A stretch of 64,000 nucleotides of DNA from an uncultured Gammaproteobacteria bacterium (GTDB taxonomy: Bacteria > Patescibacteriota > Patescibacteriia > JAHIZJ01). Under the pieces are notes generated by a model that saw only the letters and a program-made list of their open reading frames with translations, ran no database searches and was not told the origin of the DNA. Position 1 is the stretch's first letter. Every line of letters starts with the position of its first letter. A program made the position numbers and the translations under genes. Below, one piece after another: positions 9,758 through 20,516 of this stretch. The stretch spans positions 42 through 64,041 of the forward strand of contig CAZQLY010000008.1 of NCBI GenBank assembly GCA_964594455.1. Direction: 5' to 3'.

Positions 9758-11230
9758 CTATTCTAATTCGATATGACCAGTCCAACCGGCACTGGGTTTA
9801 AATTTAAGATTGAGGCTTTGAGCCTGATCGTTGTTTGAGACGATGTCTATATCGTCGGGTTGGAAATTGATCAAAGGGAAATGTTTCTCCGAAAACGATT
9901 CTCGAATGTGAGGTATTTTTTTCCAATCAAAGCCCATAATCTTGGCTGAGACAAATTCCATGGCCACTGGATTAATACCGGCCAGGAGAACGCCTGATTG
10001 TTTTGGGGTTTGTTCCATGGGTCCCTCACCTTCGCCGCCCAATAAGCCGTCGACTAGACAGAAATATTTACGCTGAGGCGTTTGATGCAACTGGCCATTC
10101 TTATCAGCAAAAAGAATGATATTATTCAAATCGATAATACAGCGCCAAATTGTGTCGTTGCCATACCAGCTGCCTTCCATGACGTTCTTTAAGCTGGGTT
10201 TGGTCTTGAGAGCGGCTTGTTCCATCGACTGTCCCAGCACCAGCTTCTCGTAATATTTTCGAATCAAAGTGGCTATGGGGACGGTCCAGCGAGAGCGTTT
10301 CAACAGGTCAAAGAAATGCCATTTGAAATACATCCAGGGATTTTTTTTATGAAATTCATCGCCACCTTTTTCAGGAGAGCCGGCTCGATGGTGAGCGATC
10401 CAGCGTTTGTCACCGTTGATACCGATCAGGTTTTTCATGGCTGAGGTAAGGCCCGCCTTGCGATGAGATTTCAGCTTCGGCATGTTGATTAGAAGGTCAG
10501 CCGACAAAATAGTATTACAAACATAATATTCATTGTGGTCTTTATTATGATGGGGCGGAACAGTGCCTTTGCCGTAGTCAGTGATGCGGAATTTATTACT
10601 TTTATCAATCACCGGCATCAAACGGCTTTTGTCCTTCATGTCTACTATTGCGTAACCCAAAGGATCACGGTCTTGGAAATCACGTCGGCCAATCACACCA
10701 TATTTATTCAAATGGGAAATCTCTTTACGTAGATCCAGCAGGGGAATGTTTATACCTTCATTTTTGTAGAACTCAACTAGATCTTTTAACTGGCTGCCTA
10801 CGATGATTTCTTCCCAGTCTGAGCTTTGGAGAGGCACGTCGGCAATTATTATTTTTACGTTTTTATTTGTGGCCAGTAGCAAGTAATCAACAATCGGTCG
10901 AATAACTGCTGCCTGAGTTATCATACTTTTTACTCCGATTTCGCCTAAAGGATGATTGCCTTTAACCAGGTTGGGTTTGATAACCACGGTTTGTCCGGGT
11001 TTTATCAATTTACGGAAAGGATTCCACTCCGGCTGGTTTAAGTGTTCTCGGCTCAAGCCCATACCCAGTAAAGCCTCTCTGACGTTTCTATAAACATGGT
11101 TTGAGGGATTGGTGTTCTGGCATAAATCACCGAGCTGTTCTAACTCAGGATATTTCTGATCCGGATAAAAAGGCGGGTCAGGATAATCGTACGTATTGGA
11201 TATGTGCAGATATACTTGGTTATTTTTCAT
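9758..11230 (-). CDS. DUF362 domain protein (490 aa)
   Basis: GQTVVIKPNLVKGNHPLGEIGVKSMITQAAVIRPIVDYLL matches the DUF362 VLIKPN signature. Function unknown. Confidence 0.6.
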   Translation of the reverse strand: MKNNQVYLHISNTYDYPDPPFYPDQKYPELEQLGDLCQNTNPSNHVYRNVREALLGMGLSREHLNQPEWNPFRKLIKPGQTVVIKPNLVKGNHPLGEIGVKSMITQAAVIRPIVDYLLLATNKNVKIIIADVPLQSSDWEEIIVGSQLKDLVEFYKNEGINIPLLDLRKEISHLNKYGVIGRRDFQDRDPLGYAIVDMKDKSRLMPVIDKSNKFRITDYGKGTVPPHHNKDHNEYYVCNTILSADLLINMPKLKSHRKAGLTSAMKNLIGINGDKRWIAHHRAGSPEKGGDEFHKKNPWMYFKWHFFDLLKRSRWTVPIATLIRKYYEKLVLGQSMEQAALKTKPSLKNVMEGSWYGNDTIWRCIIDLNNIILFADKNGQLHQTPQRKYFCLVDGLLGGEGEGPMEQTPKQSGVLLAGINPVAMEFVSAKIMGFDWKKIPHIRESFSEKHFPLINFQPDDIDIVSNNDQAQSLNLKFKPSAGWTGHIELE

Positions 11231-12572
11231 GAGAAAGCCGGCTAATTGTATAACGATATTTTCCCGAAACAGAAGTTAGTATTTCGTCAACATATTTGAA
11301 AGTAACTTGGCAGCCTTGGCCTAAAACATGTTTAATTTTATTTTCTATATCAGTTACATCACTGTCGTTTTTTTGCCCTGACAAAATTATGTATACGTCA
11401 ACATCAGTAAAATCGTTTTGAACAACCTGGAATCTTTTGACCCAGAGCCGGTTATAGAAAAGATGGGTGAAGTATTCACCGTGTATTATCGTACCATCTT
11501 TGGTACGGAAATGATCTGATACTCGGCCAGTAACAGTTTTTAATAATTTCAATTTTCTTCCACAGCTGCACCAGCCATCTTTCTTTATACTGGTATCACC
11601 GATACGATAGCGAATCAACGGGAAAGACAAATTATAAAAAGTTGTAATAATGTTCTCGCCCACTTGTCCGGCTGGGGCTTCGCGGCCGCTCTGGTCTACC
11701 ACTTCAAGAAGTTGAGAGAATTCAAAAATGTGAAGCCCTTCTTGCTTAGAACACTCAGCCGCAATACAACCAACCTCTCGGGACCCGTATTGATTATAGA
11801 GCTTGGTTTTAAAAACTTCCTCGACGAGCTGTTTAACTGGTTCAGTTATTGTACCGGCGGTAGCAATAATGGCGTTAGGCGAATATATCGAGAGGGAATT
11901 TTCTTTTACGAAACGAGCCAACTCATAGATTGATTCGGTGTAGCACCAGACTGATTTAGGTTTAAATGTGTTAAATGAATCTACGTAACGTCGCATGATT
12001 TTTTCAGACATTTGGAAGCTGTTGAGCAGTTTCCGATTGTATAACCAGTTTTTAAAACGAAAGGCAATAGTTTCTTTTCCGGCCAAGGTGTCTCTCTCAG
12101 AACCCCAGAGCTTGATTTCTTTTTCACCCATTTCTTTTCCGATCATGTGGTTATAAAAAATGTGGCTGGTAATGCCGAGGTCCCAAAACAGATTATCTTT
12201 CAAAAATTTAACTGGTACGCCGGTCGATCCGCCCGAAGTATCGGTCCAGGTTTTTCGAGCCACTGTTTTTTTTGAAACCAGATTGTCAAATTCTTTTCTG
12301 ATTATATCCTTAGTTAGGAAAGGAATTTTATGAAAATTTTCTGTGTGTACCTGATCGTTTTGAATGACATCAGCTTCTGCTAGTATTTTTGTATAGTACG
12401 GGCAGTTTTCGTAAGCGTGTTTTAGCAGTTGCTCCAGTTTGTTTTGTTGGATTTGTTCAATCTTTTCTCTGGGTAGAAACTCAATTGATTTCAAATACTC
12501 AAACTTTGACGGAACTGTGCTCCCAGTTGATTTGAGCAATAAGTTTATTACTGGTTTACGCCAGTTGAGCAT
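11220..12572 (-). CDS. CapK / coenzyme F390 synthetase-like adenylate-forming enzyme (phenylacetate-CoA ligase family)
   Basis: TSGGSTGVP AMP-binding motif and overall CapK-like layout. CapK-like enzymes are common in capsule and glycan loci. Confidence 0.65.
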   Translation of the reverse strand: MLNWRKPVINLLLKSTGSTVPSKFEYLKSIEFLPREKIEQIQQNKLEQLLKHAYENCPYYTKILAEADVIQNDQVHTENFHKIPFLTKDIIRKEFDNLVSKKTVARKTWTDTSGGSTGVPVKFLKDNLFWDLGITSHIFYNHMIGKEMGEKEIKLWGSERDTLAGKETIAFRFKNWLYNRKLLNSFQMSEKIMRRYVDSFNTFKPKSVWCYTESIYELARFVKENSLSIYSPNAIIATAGTITEPVKQLVEEVFKTKLYNQYGSREVGCIAAECSKQEGLHIFEFSQLLEVVDQSGREAPAGQVGENIITTFYNLSFPLIRYRIGDTSIKKDGWCSCGRKLKLLKTVTGRVSDHFRTKDGTIIHGEYFTHLFYNRLWVKRFQVVQNDFTDVDVYIILSGQKNDSDVTDIENKIKHVLGQGCQVTFKYVDEILTSVSGKYRYTISRLSHEK

Positions 12573-13686
12573 GTTTTTTATAAAGATTTAAATACTGATC
12601 AGTCATATTTTTCCAACTCATTGTTTCTGCTCTTTGACGGCTGGACTGACCCATCTTATTTCTTAAATCCTGATCCTGATAGAGTTTCTCCAAAGCTTGG
12701 AAGATTTCCTGACTACTCCCTTTTTTTATAATGAAACCGTTAGACTGATCGATTAGTTCTTTGGTACCGCCAGTATCAGTAGCTATGATAGGTAAGCCAC
12801 TGGACATGGCTTCCAGAACGGAGTTACTCATACCTTCATTCAGAGAGGGGAGGACAAAAATATCAGCTGATCTGTATAGCTGAGGTGTTTTTTCATGCGA
12901 AACAGTACCATGAAATTCAACCGCTGCATCTAATTCTAGTTTATGGATCAAGCTTTTCAATTTATTTTCCAAATTTCCAGAACCCACGAGGATAAGTTTG
13001 CCAGCTTGATATTTTTTGTAGAATTGTCCGAAACCCTCGATCAGATAGTTAATACCTTTTCTCTTAATTAGCCGGGACGTTGAAATAATATTAAACGTTG
13101 TTGATAATTCCTTGGGTCGGAACTCATTAGTATCAATGCCGTTATAGATTACTGAGAATTTCAATTCCGGACTGGTTGCTTCGGCTAATTCTTTTAAGCC
13201 CTGGGAATTAGTTATGACCGAAGATGCCTTCTCCCAGACTGTGCGACTGAGCCTTTGAAATATAAAGGTATCGAGTAATTTGAACCTGGGATTGTAGAAC
13301 GGTACATCGGATCCTCTCAACGACACTAGGTAGGGAAGCTTAAGTAATTGAGCCACATAACCGCAGGGGATACCAAAAAAAGCGTGTACAAGATTATAAC
13401 GCTTTTGTTTTTTTAATTTCTTGGACAGATTTAAGGCCTTCCAACTATATTTGATCAGATCAACCTCACTTTGATATTGGAGATTGCCACTTTTGCCGAT
13501 GTCCAGAAAGTAGATGCTTATATTTTGTGAGAACCGTTCCGTTCTATATTTATCAGTCGATGAAGTTATTAGGTCTATCTCCAGATCGCTATTTTTAGAA
13601 AGTTCCCTGAGCAAATAGTATGTGGCATTACCAGCTCCACCACCCAGTGGTGGAAATTCGTAATTAAGCATCAAAATTTTTAGCAT
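12556..13686 (-). CDS. Glycosyltransferase family 4
   Basis: LPSLNEGMSNSVLEAMSSGLPIIATDTGGTKELI. Confidence 0.8.
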   Translation of the reverse strand: MLKILMLNYEFPPLGGGAGNATYYLLRELSKNSDLEIDLITSSTDKYRTERFSQNISIYFLDIGKSGNLQYQSEVDLIKYSWKALNLSKKLKKQKRYNLVHAFFGIPCGYVAQLLKLPYLVSLRGSDVPFYNPRFKLLDTFIFQRLSRTVWEKASSVITNSQGLKELAEATSPELKFSVIYNGIDTNEFRPKELSTTFNIISTSRLIKRKGINYLIEGFGQFYKKYQAGKLILVGSGNLENKLKSLIHKLELDAAVEFHGTVSHEKTPQLYRSADIFVLPSLNEGMSNSVLEAMSSGLPIIATDTGGTKELIDQSNGFIIKKGSSQEIFQALEKLYQDQDLRNKMGQSSRQRAETMSWKNMTDQYLNLYKKHAQLA

Positions 13687-13818
13687 ACTATTTCCCAGTC
13701 GTTTGGTTCGGAAGGCTTGGCTCCCGTTAAGTAAAGAATCAGATTATAATTTATTATTTACTGACGTCACTAAACGTTGTTTCTATTTAGGGTTGAAATA
13801 TTTACTCGGCGATATAAT

Positions 13819-14778
13819 CTAAGAAATATTTTCATCTTTGTTCTCTATTATTTTTTTAATAGAATAAACGGTTCTGTGTTTGTTGTAAAAAGTTTTGATT
13901 GCTATGTCAGCCAGCAAGCCGGATATGAACAGCTGGACACCTACCAGTATTAGAAATACCGATACCAGGGGCCAGATGCTATTTTGTAAACTGATATATC
14001 CAAAGAAACGGGTCAGCGCTAAATAAATTCCTAAAACTGTACCGATGCCTCCGAAGACCACACCCATGCCCCCAAAGAGATGCAGGGGGCGAGTGGAGTA
14101 TTTTCTCCAGAACCAAACAGAAACCATGTCAATTGAACCTTTCAATATCCTCTTCCAGTTATATTTAGTATCGCCAGACGTACGGGGACGGTGATTTACT
14201 TTAATTTCTGCAATAGTAAAACCACGCCAGCGCAATACTCCTGGTATAAAGCGATGCATTTCGCCAAAAAGAGTCAGATCCTCGAAGCATTCACGGCGGT
14301 AAGCTTTTAAGGTGCAACCGGAGTCATGAATTCCATCGCTGATAAAAAACTTACGCAAAAAATCTGCGCCTCGAGAAATGAATTTCTTTGAGGAAGCATC
14401 TTGACGATCATATCTCCAGCCCGAAACTACATCTACACCTTCAGTAATTTTCTTAAGCAGATTGGGAATGTCAGCCGGATCGTTTTGACGATCACCATCC
14501 ATGGCGATAAATATTTCACCCTGGGCTGCTTTAAATCCGGCATCAAGAGCGGCGGTTTGGCCAAAGTTTTTTCGGAAACGTATGACTTTGACGGGGGAGA
14601 GGTCCTTTAATCGATCAAATGTCTGATCGCGGCTGCCGTCGTCAACGAAAATAATTTCGTAGGGTTCTTTGAGAGTATCCATAACTTCCTTAATTTCAGC
14701 ATGCAGCGGAGCTACATTATCTTGTTCATTGAAGGCAGGCACTACTATTGAGTATTTGATTGTTTTTTCTTGATTCAT
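13819..14778 (-). CDS. Polyprenyl-phosphate sugar transferase (GT2, GtrB/ArnC/DPM1-like) with 2 C-terminal TM helices
   Basis: YSIVVPAFNEQDNVAPLHAEIKEVMDTLKEPYEIIFVDDGSRDQT, with two hydrophobic helices at the C-terminus. Confidence 0.75.
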   Translation of the reverse strand: MNQEKTIKYSIVVPAFNEQDNVAPLHAEIKEVMDTLKEPYEIIFVDDGSRDQTFDRLKDLSPVKVIRFRKNFGQTAALDAGFKAAQGEIFIAMDGDRQNDPADIPNLLKKITEGVDVVSGWRYDRQDASSKKFISRGADFLRKFFISDGIHDSGCTLKAYRRECFEDLTLFGEMHRFIPGVLRWRGFTIAEIKVNHRPRTSGDTKYNWKRILKGSIDMVSVWFWRKYSTRPLHLFGGMGVVFGGIGTVLGIYLALTRFFGYISLQNSIWPLVSVFLILVGVQLFISGLLADIAIKTFYNKHRTVYSIKKIIENKDENIS

Positions 14779-15698
14779 TGTTTAAAATTTTCACTATTTT
14801 CAGCATACCAGGCGTTGGTTCTTTTCATTCCTTCAGCAAAGCTTACCTGGGGCTGCCAGTTTAGAAGCTCTTTAGCCTTGGAGTGATCAGCTAGCGTATC
14901 ATGGGGTTCGACTCGAGGTTCAATGTGTTTGATGTCTCCGCCGATGATTTCTGCTACTTCATTCACGCTGTGATTATCGCCATTACCCACGTTGATAACC
15001 TCTCCTTGTCCAACTTTTTCACTTTCCATAGCCAGCAAATTTGCTCTGACCACATCATCAATATAGGTAAAATCTCTGGTCTGGGTGCCGTCACCGGTAA
15101 TTGTCAGCTTCTCGCCGTTTATTTTTTGACGATTGAATATAGCGATTACCGTTACATAAGCTCCTTCGGTGGCCATCTTTGGACCATAGACGTTAAAGTA
15201 TCGAAGCGAAACGGTTTCAATTCCCCAGAACATCGAGGCCAGCTTGGTGTATTCTTCACCGACATATTTTTGTAAGCCATAAGGACTTTTGGGATTCGGC
15301 TTCATATCTTCACGCAGGGGCAGGGAAGTGGGATCACCATAAGCGGATGAAGAAGCAGAATAAACCAGCCTTTTTACCTTAGCATCTTTGGCCGCCAGAA
15401 TTACGTTTAATGTTCCGGTAATGTTTGTGTCGTTGGTTTCTACTGGATTCTGGATCGATACCTGTACTCGAGGTAGGGCGGCAACATGAAATACCCCCGC
15501 CGCTTCCTTGAAGGCGGGGCGTATTTCTTCCAAATTGCGTATATCGGCTTTAATGAACTCTGCTTTAGGATGAATATTTTCTTTTTTACCGGTCGAGAGA
15601 TTGTCTATGATGTGTACAGTATCACCCCGGTCTATCAACGCTTTAGTAATATATGATCCGATAAAACCTGCGCCACCAGTTACTATAAATGTTGCCAT
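14775..15698 (-). CDS. NAD-dependent epimerase/dehydratase (UDP-hexose 4-epimerase-like)
   Basis: N-terminal Rossmann motif TGGAGFIGSYITKAL and the YxxxK SDR region. Confidence 0.75.
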   Translation of the reverse strand: MATFIVTGGAGFIGSYITKALIDRGDTVHIIDNLSTGKKENIHPKAEFIKADIRNLEEIRPAFKEAAGVFHVAALPRVQVSIQNPVETNDTNITGTLNVILAAKDAKVKRLVYSASSSAYGDPTSLPLREDMKPNPKSPYGLQKYVGEEYTKLASMFWGIETVSLRYFNVYGPKMATEGAYVTVIAIFNRQKINGEKLTITGDGTQTRDFTYIDDVVRANLLAMESEKVGQGEVINVGNGDNHSVNEVAEIIGGDIKHIEPRVEPHDTLADHSKAKELLNWQPQVSFAEGMKRTNAWYAENSENFKQ

Positions 15699-15762
15699 TT
15701 GTTAATGTTTTTAGTTGTTATTTTTTTGAATTACGGAATGAATTCTACCATATTTCCTTTAT

Positions 15763-15790
15763 TTGTAAAGCTGTAGTATTCATGTATAAT
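15763..15790 (+). promoter_or_regulatory. Putative sigma70-type promoter for rmlA (TTGTAA, 16 nt spacer, TGTATAAT extended -10)
   Basis: TTGTAA at 15763-15768 and TATAAT at 15785-15790 preceded by TG. It sits in the 190-nt AT-rich divergent intergenic region. Confidence 0.4.
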
Positions 15791-15889
15791 ATAATAAGTT
15801 TTAGCACTGGTGCTCAGGAAAAAACTATACTTTTCCAAGAAATTTTGTCATTATTATAGTCGAGGGATATATTTATTACCTATAATAGC

Positions 15890-16648
15890 GTGAAAGGAAT
15901 AACCAACATGAAAGGAGTAATATTAGCAGGAGGAAAAGCCACGCGTTTACGACCATTGACTTGGGTAACCAATAAGCACCTTTTGCCGATTTACAACAAA
16001 CCGATGATCTTCTATCCGTTGGAATCTATGGTTAGAGCTGGGATTAAAGAGGTGTTGATGATCACGGGGCCGGAGCATTCGGGTCATTTTATTAATTTGA
16101 TTAAATCTGGTAAAGAATTTGGTTTAAAAGTTTCTTATGAAATACAAGAGGAAGCCAGCGGTTTGTCAGACGCCGTTTCTTTGGCCGAAGATTTTGCCGA
16201 CGATGAAAAACTTCTGGTCATTTTGGGAGACAATATTTTCAAACATGATTTAAGTCAAGCAGTGAAAGATTTCGAAAAACAGGAAAAAGGCGCTAAGGTG
16301 TTTGCCAAAGAAATGCCTATTGAGACGGCCAAGCAGTACGGCATCATTGAATTAGATGATAAAGGGACAGTAGTATCAATTGTTGAAAAACCCGACCAGC
16401 CAAAATCAAATCTAGTCCAGACCGGTATCTACATGTATGATACTCAGTGTTTTGATTTTATTAAAAAACTGGAGCCCTCAGCTCGCGGTGAGCTGGAAAT
16501 CACAGACTTGAATAATTTCTACGTTGACCAGGGGACGATGACTTGTGAGGTTATGCAGAGCTGGTGGGTAGATGCTGGCACCTCATTTGATGAATTGCTA
16601 AGGGCCAATCAAATTGTGGCGGAAGAAGTAAAAAATAATGGTAAATAA
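15890..16648 (+). CDS. rmlA: Glucose-1-phosphate thymidylyltransferase-like sugar nucleotidyltransferase
   Basis: MKGVILAGGKATRLRPLTWVTNKHLLPIYNKPMIFYPLE. The start may be the Met at 15908. Confidence 0.75.
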   Translation: MKGITNMKGVILAGGKATRLRPLTWVTNKHLLPIYNKPMIFYPLESMVRAGIKEVLMITGPEHSGHFINLIKSGKEFGLKVSYEIQEEASGLSDAVSLAEDFADDEKLLVILGDNIFKHDLSQAVKDFEKQEKGAKVFAKEMPIETAKQYGIIELDDKGTVVSIVEKPDQPKSNLVQTGIYMYDTQCFDFIKKLEPSARGELEITDLNNFYVDQGTMTCEVMQSWWVDAGTSFDELLRANQIVAEEVKNNGK

Positions 16649-17126
16649 CATGCTTGAAGGGGTTAAGATCAAAGAATTAAAAGTTCATAAAGATATCCCG
16701 GATCGGGATGAAGACGTTAACAAGCCTGGTTTTTTGATGGAGGTTTTGCGAAATGACGACAACCTTTTAAAAAAATACGGTCAGACAACCTTTACAGTAG
16801 CTTATCAGGGTACAGTCAAAGCATTTCATTATCATGAAAAGCAGGACGACCTTTGGTTTGTGGCCACAGGAGAAGCAATGATTGTTTTATACGATCTGCG
16901 CGACGGTTCTCCAACCAAAGGTGAAACCCAGGTTATTATGGCCGGAGCGGATAACTATAAGCTGGTAGTCATTCCGATAGGTGTTGCCCATGGATACAAA
17001 GTGTTAAGCGAAGAGCCAGTATTGTTGTTTTATCACACAACTGAATCATATAATACTGAGCAGCCAGACGAAAAAAGACTTCCTTATAATGACCCATCAA
17101 TAGGATTTAATTGGAATACTAATTAA
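16638..17126 (+). CDS. rmlC: dTDP-4-dehydrorhamnose 3,5-epimerase-like cupin
   Basis: Cupin fold with HYHEKQDDLWFVATGEAMIVLYDLR, and its position next to rmlA. Confidence 0.6.
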   Translation: MVNNMLEGVKIKELKVHKDIPDRDEDVNKPGFLMEVLRNDDNLLKKYGQTTFTVAYQGTVKAFHYHEKQDDLWFVATGEAMIVLYDLRDGSPTKGETQVIMAGADNYKLVVIPIGVAHGYKVLSEEPVLLFYHTTESYNTEQPDEKRLPYNDPSIGFNWNTN

Positions 17127-17193
17127 AAATGTAAAATTTAGAGTTAATAATTTAGGAAAATCTTAAAAGAATATTTAAAGACGGTTTAGAGAA

Positions 17194-17571
17194 ATGCTGG
17201 AGATGATAATGACCCAGGTAACCATTCATAATCGTACGTTACAATTTAGTAAAGAGATGACAAGATATCTTCAATCATGTTCCACAAAAACGACCATATC
17301 AAGGGTATTAATAAACCAAGTTATGCGTTCAGCTTGTTCGATTGGAGCAAATGTTGTTGAAGCACAAAATAGCGCCACTAAGAAAGAATTTAGAAGATTT
17401 CTTCAAATATCACTTCGTTCAGCGAAAGAAACAGAATATTGGTTGACTATCTTTAAAGAGATTGGGGGCGCGGATTATAAGAAAATCGATATCTTGTTGG
17501 AAGAAAATAAACAAATATCTAAGATAATCGCTACAATACTAATTAAATCAGCCAACAACCATAATTATTAA
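17194..17571 (+). CDS. Four-helix-bundle protein (23S rRNA intervening-sequence protein family)
   Basis: 125-aa ORF with CSIGANVVEAQNSATKKEF and SLRSAKETEYWL motifs, typical of the PF05635 family. Confidence 0.55.
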   Translation: MLEMIMTQVTIHNRTLQFSKEMTRYLQSCSTKTTISRVLINQVMRSACSIGANVVEAQNSATKKEFRRFLQISLRSAKETEYWLTIFKEIGGADYKKIDILLEENKQISKIIATILIKSANNHNY

Positions 17572-17596
17572 TTTTTCATTTTAAATCTTAAATTAT

Positions 17597-18544
17597 ATGA
17601 AAATATTAGTCAGTGGTTCAATTGCCTTTGATCGTATCATGGATTTTCCCGGGCGATTCAAAGAGCATATTATTCCCGAGAAAATTCATGTCCTGAGCGT
17701 CAGTTTTCACATGAACAGTTTGAAAGAGAAGTTTGGCGGTACTGCTGGCAACATTGCTTACAACTTGACCTTGTTGAAAGAAGAGCCGATTGTGCTGGCA
17801 ACAGCCGGTAACGATTTTGAAGCTTATAAAAAATGGCTGGAAGGAAAAAATATTAGTACAAAACATATTAAGATTTTTGATGATTTTACCGCCTCAGCTC
17901 ATATTATGACCGATCTGGATGATAATCAGATCACCGGGTTTCATCCGGGAGCTATGAAGATAGCCAGTGAAAATTCGATTGAGGATATAAAAAAAGAATT
18001 TGGCGACGAGCTGTTTGGAATTATTTCAGCCGGTAATGTTGATGATATGCTGTATTATGCTCGGGAGTATCAGCGTTTGAATATCCCATACATTTTTGAC
18101 CCGGCCCAGCAGATCCCGATAATCGGTATGGACCAGCTTAAGTATGCCATCCAAGGGGCCAAGATATTTATCGGCAATGATTATGAAATAGATTTAGTTT
18201 TGAAAAAGACCAGATTAACCAAGGAAGATATATTGAAGAAGACGGAACATGTTATCACCACCAAAGGTGAAAATGGTTCGGTGATAGAGACCAAAGAGGG
18301 TGCTCACAAGATACCAGCCGCCAAACCAAAGGAGATGAAGGATCCGACTGGGGCCGGAGATGCTTATCGGGCCGGTTTATTAAAGGGCTTGCTGGGAGAT
18401 TATTCATTGGACCAGACTGGTCGGATTGCTTCACTGGCCGCTATTTATCCCATTGAACATTATGGTACGCAAGAACACTCTTATACCTCCAGCGAATTCA
18501 TAATGCGATATAAAGAAAATTTTAAAAGTGACATTAATATCTAA
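17597..18544 (+). CDS. PfkB-family carbohydrate/nucleoside kinase
   Basis: DPTGAGDAYRAGLLKGL anion-hole motif and the N-terminal GG dipeptide region. Confidence 0.75.
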   Translation: MKILVSGSIAFDRIMDFPGRFKEHIIPEKIHVLSVSFHMNSLKEKFGGTAGNIAYNLTLLKEEPIVLATAGNDFEAYKKWLEGKNISTKHIKIFDDFTASAHIMTDLDDNQITGFHPGAMKIASENSIEDIKKEFGDELFGIISAGNVDDMLYYAREYQRLNIPYIFDPAQQIPIIGMDQLKYAIQGAKIFIGNDYEIDLVLKKTRLTKEDILKKTEHVITTKGENGSVIETKEGAHKIPAAKPKEMKDPTGAGDAYRAGLLKGLLGDYSLDQTGRIASLAAIYPIEHYGTQEHSYTSSEFIMRYKENFKSDINI

Positions 18545-18550
18545 AAAACA

Positions 18551-19201
18551 ATGGCAAAGAAAAGGAAACAAAGTAAAAGAGCAAAGTCAGTAAAGAAAAC
18601 ATCAAAGCCAGGATTCTCACCAATTATCGCTCTATCAGTTTTGGTCGCGATAGGCGTTGTGGTTGGCGGTGGGATGTATTATATGACCACCATAACCGGT
18701 TTTGATGACAGTAGTAATCCTAACGTGACGGTAAAGACTGCAGCAAATTCTGCAAGTAAAGGGTATAACACATTTACCTTTGATCCGACTGGGGATTGGC
18801 AAACATTTACTAATAATGATTATGGCTTTTCACTAAAATACCCATCTAATTGGGAAGGGTATAAGACTGATGACCAGGGAAATTTCTTTTTTAGTTCAAT
18901 AGAGCTGGGTGGCACGACCCTAGGAGTATCTATTGCGGTTAGAGAAATCAGTCTTGAACAATACGTCAGTGAACTGGAATCAGGAGAGTTGGGCGCCCAG
19001 GAGATCGTTTCCCAAACCAGCGCCACATTAAATGGCATATCCGGAACCAAGGTGTTATCATTGAATGAAATAGGTGCTGAAAAGGTTCATATCTTCATTG
19101 AGCAAGATGAAAAAGCATACATCATTCTTTACGATTTAGCTGGTGAAGAAGCAGAAGGTGATTTTGATGAGAGAATTGCTTCTACATTCAATCTGATTTA
19201 A
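18551..19201 (+). CDS. Hypothetical membrane-anchored extracytoplasmic protein
   Basis: Basic N-terminus followed by a single TM helix (IIALSVLVAIGVVVGGG). Confidence 0.5.
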   Translation: MAKKRKQSKRAKSVKKTSKPGFSPIIALSVLVAIGVVVGGGMYYMTTITGFDDSSNPNVTVKTAANSASKGYNTFTFDPTGDWQTFTNNDYGFSLKYPSNWEGYKTDDQGNFFFSSIELGGTTLGVSIAVREISLEQYVSELESGELGAQEIVSQTSATLNGISGTKVLSLNEIGAEKVHIFIEQDEKAYIILYDLAGEEAEGDFDERIASTFNLI

Positions 19202-20485
<1,284 letters not shown>

Positions 20486-20516
20486 TTGGGATTAATTAAA
20501 ATATTAGAAATAATAA

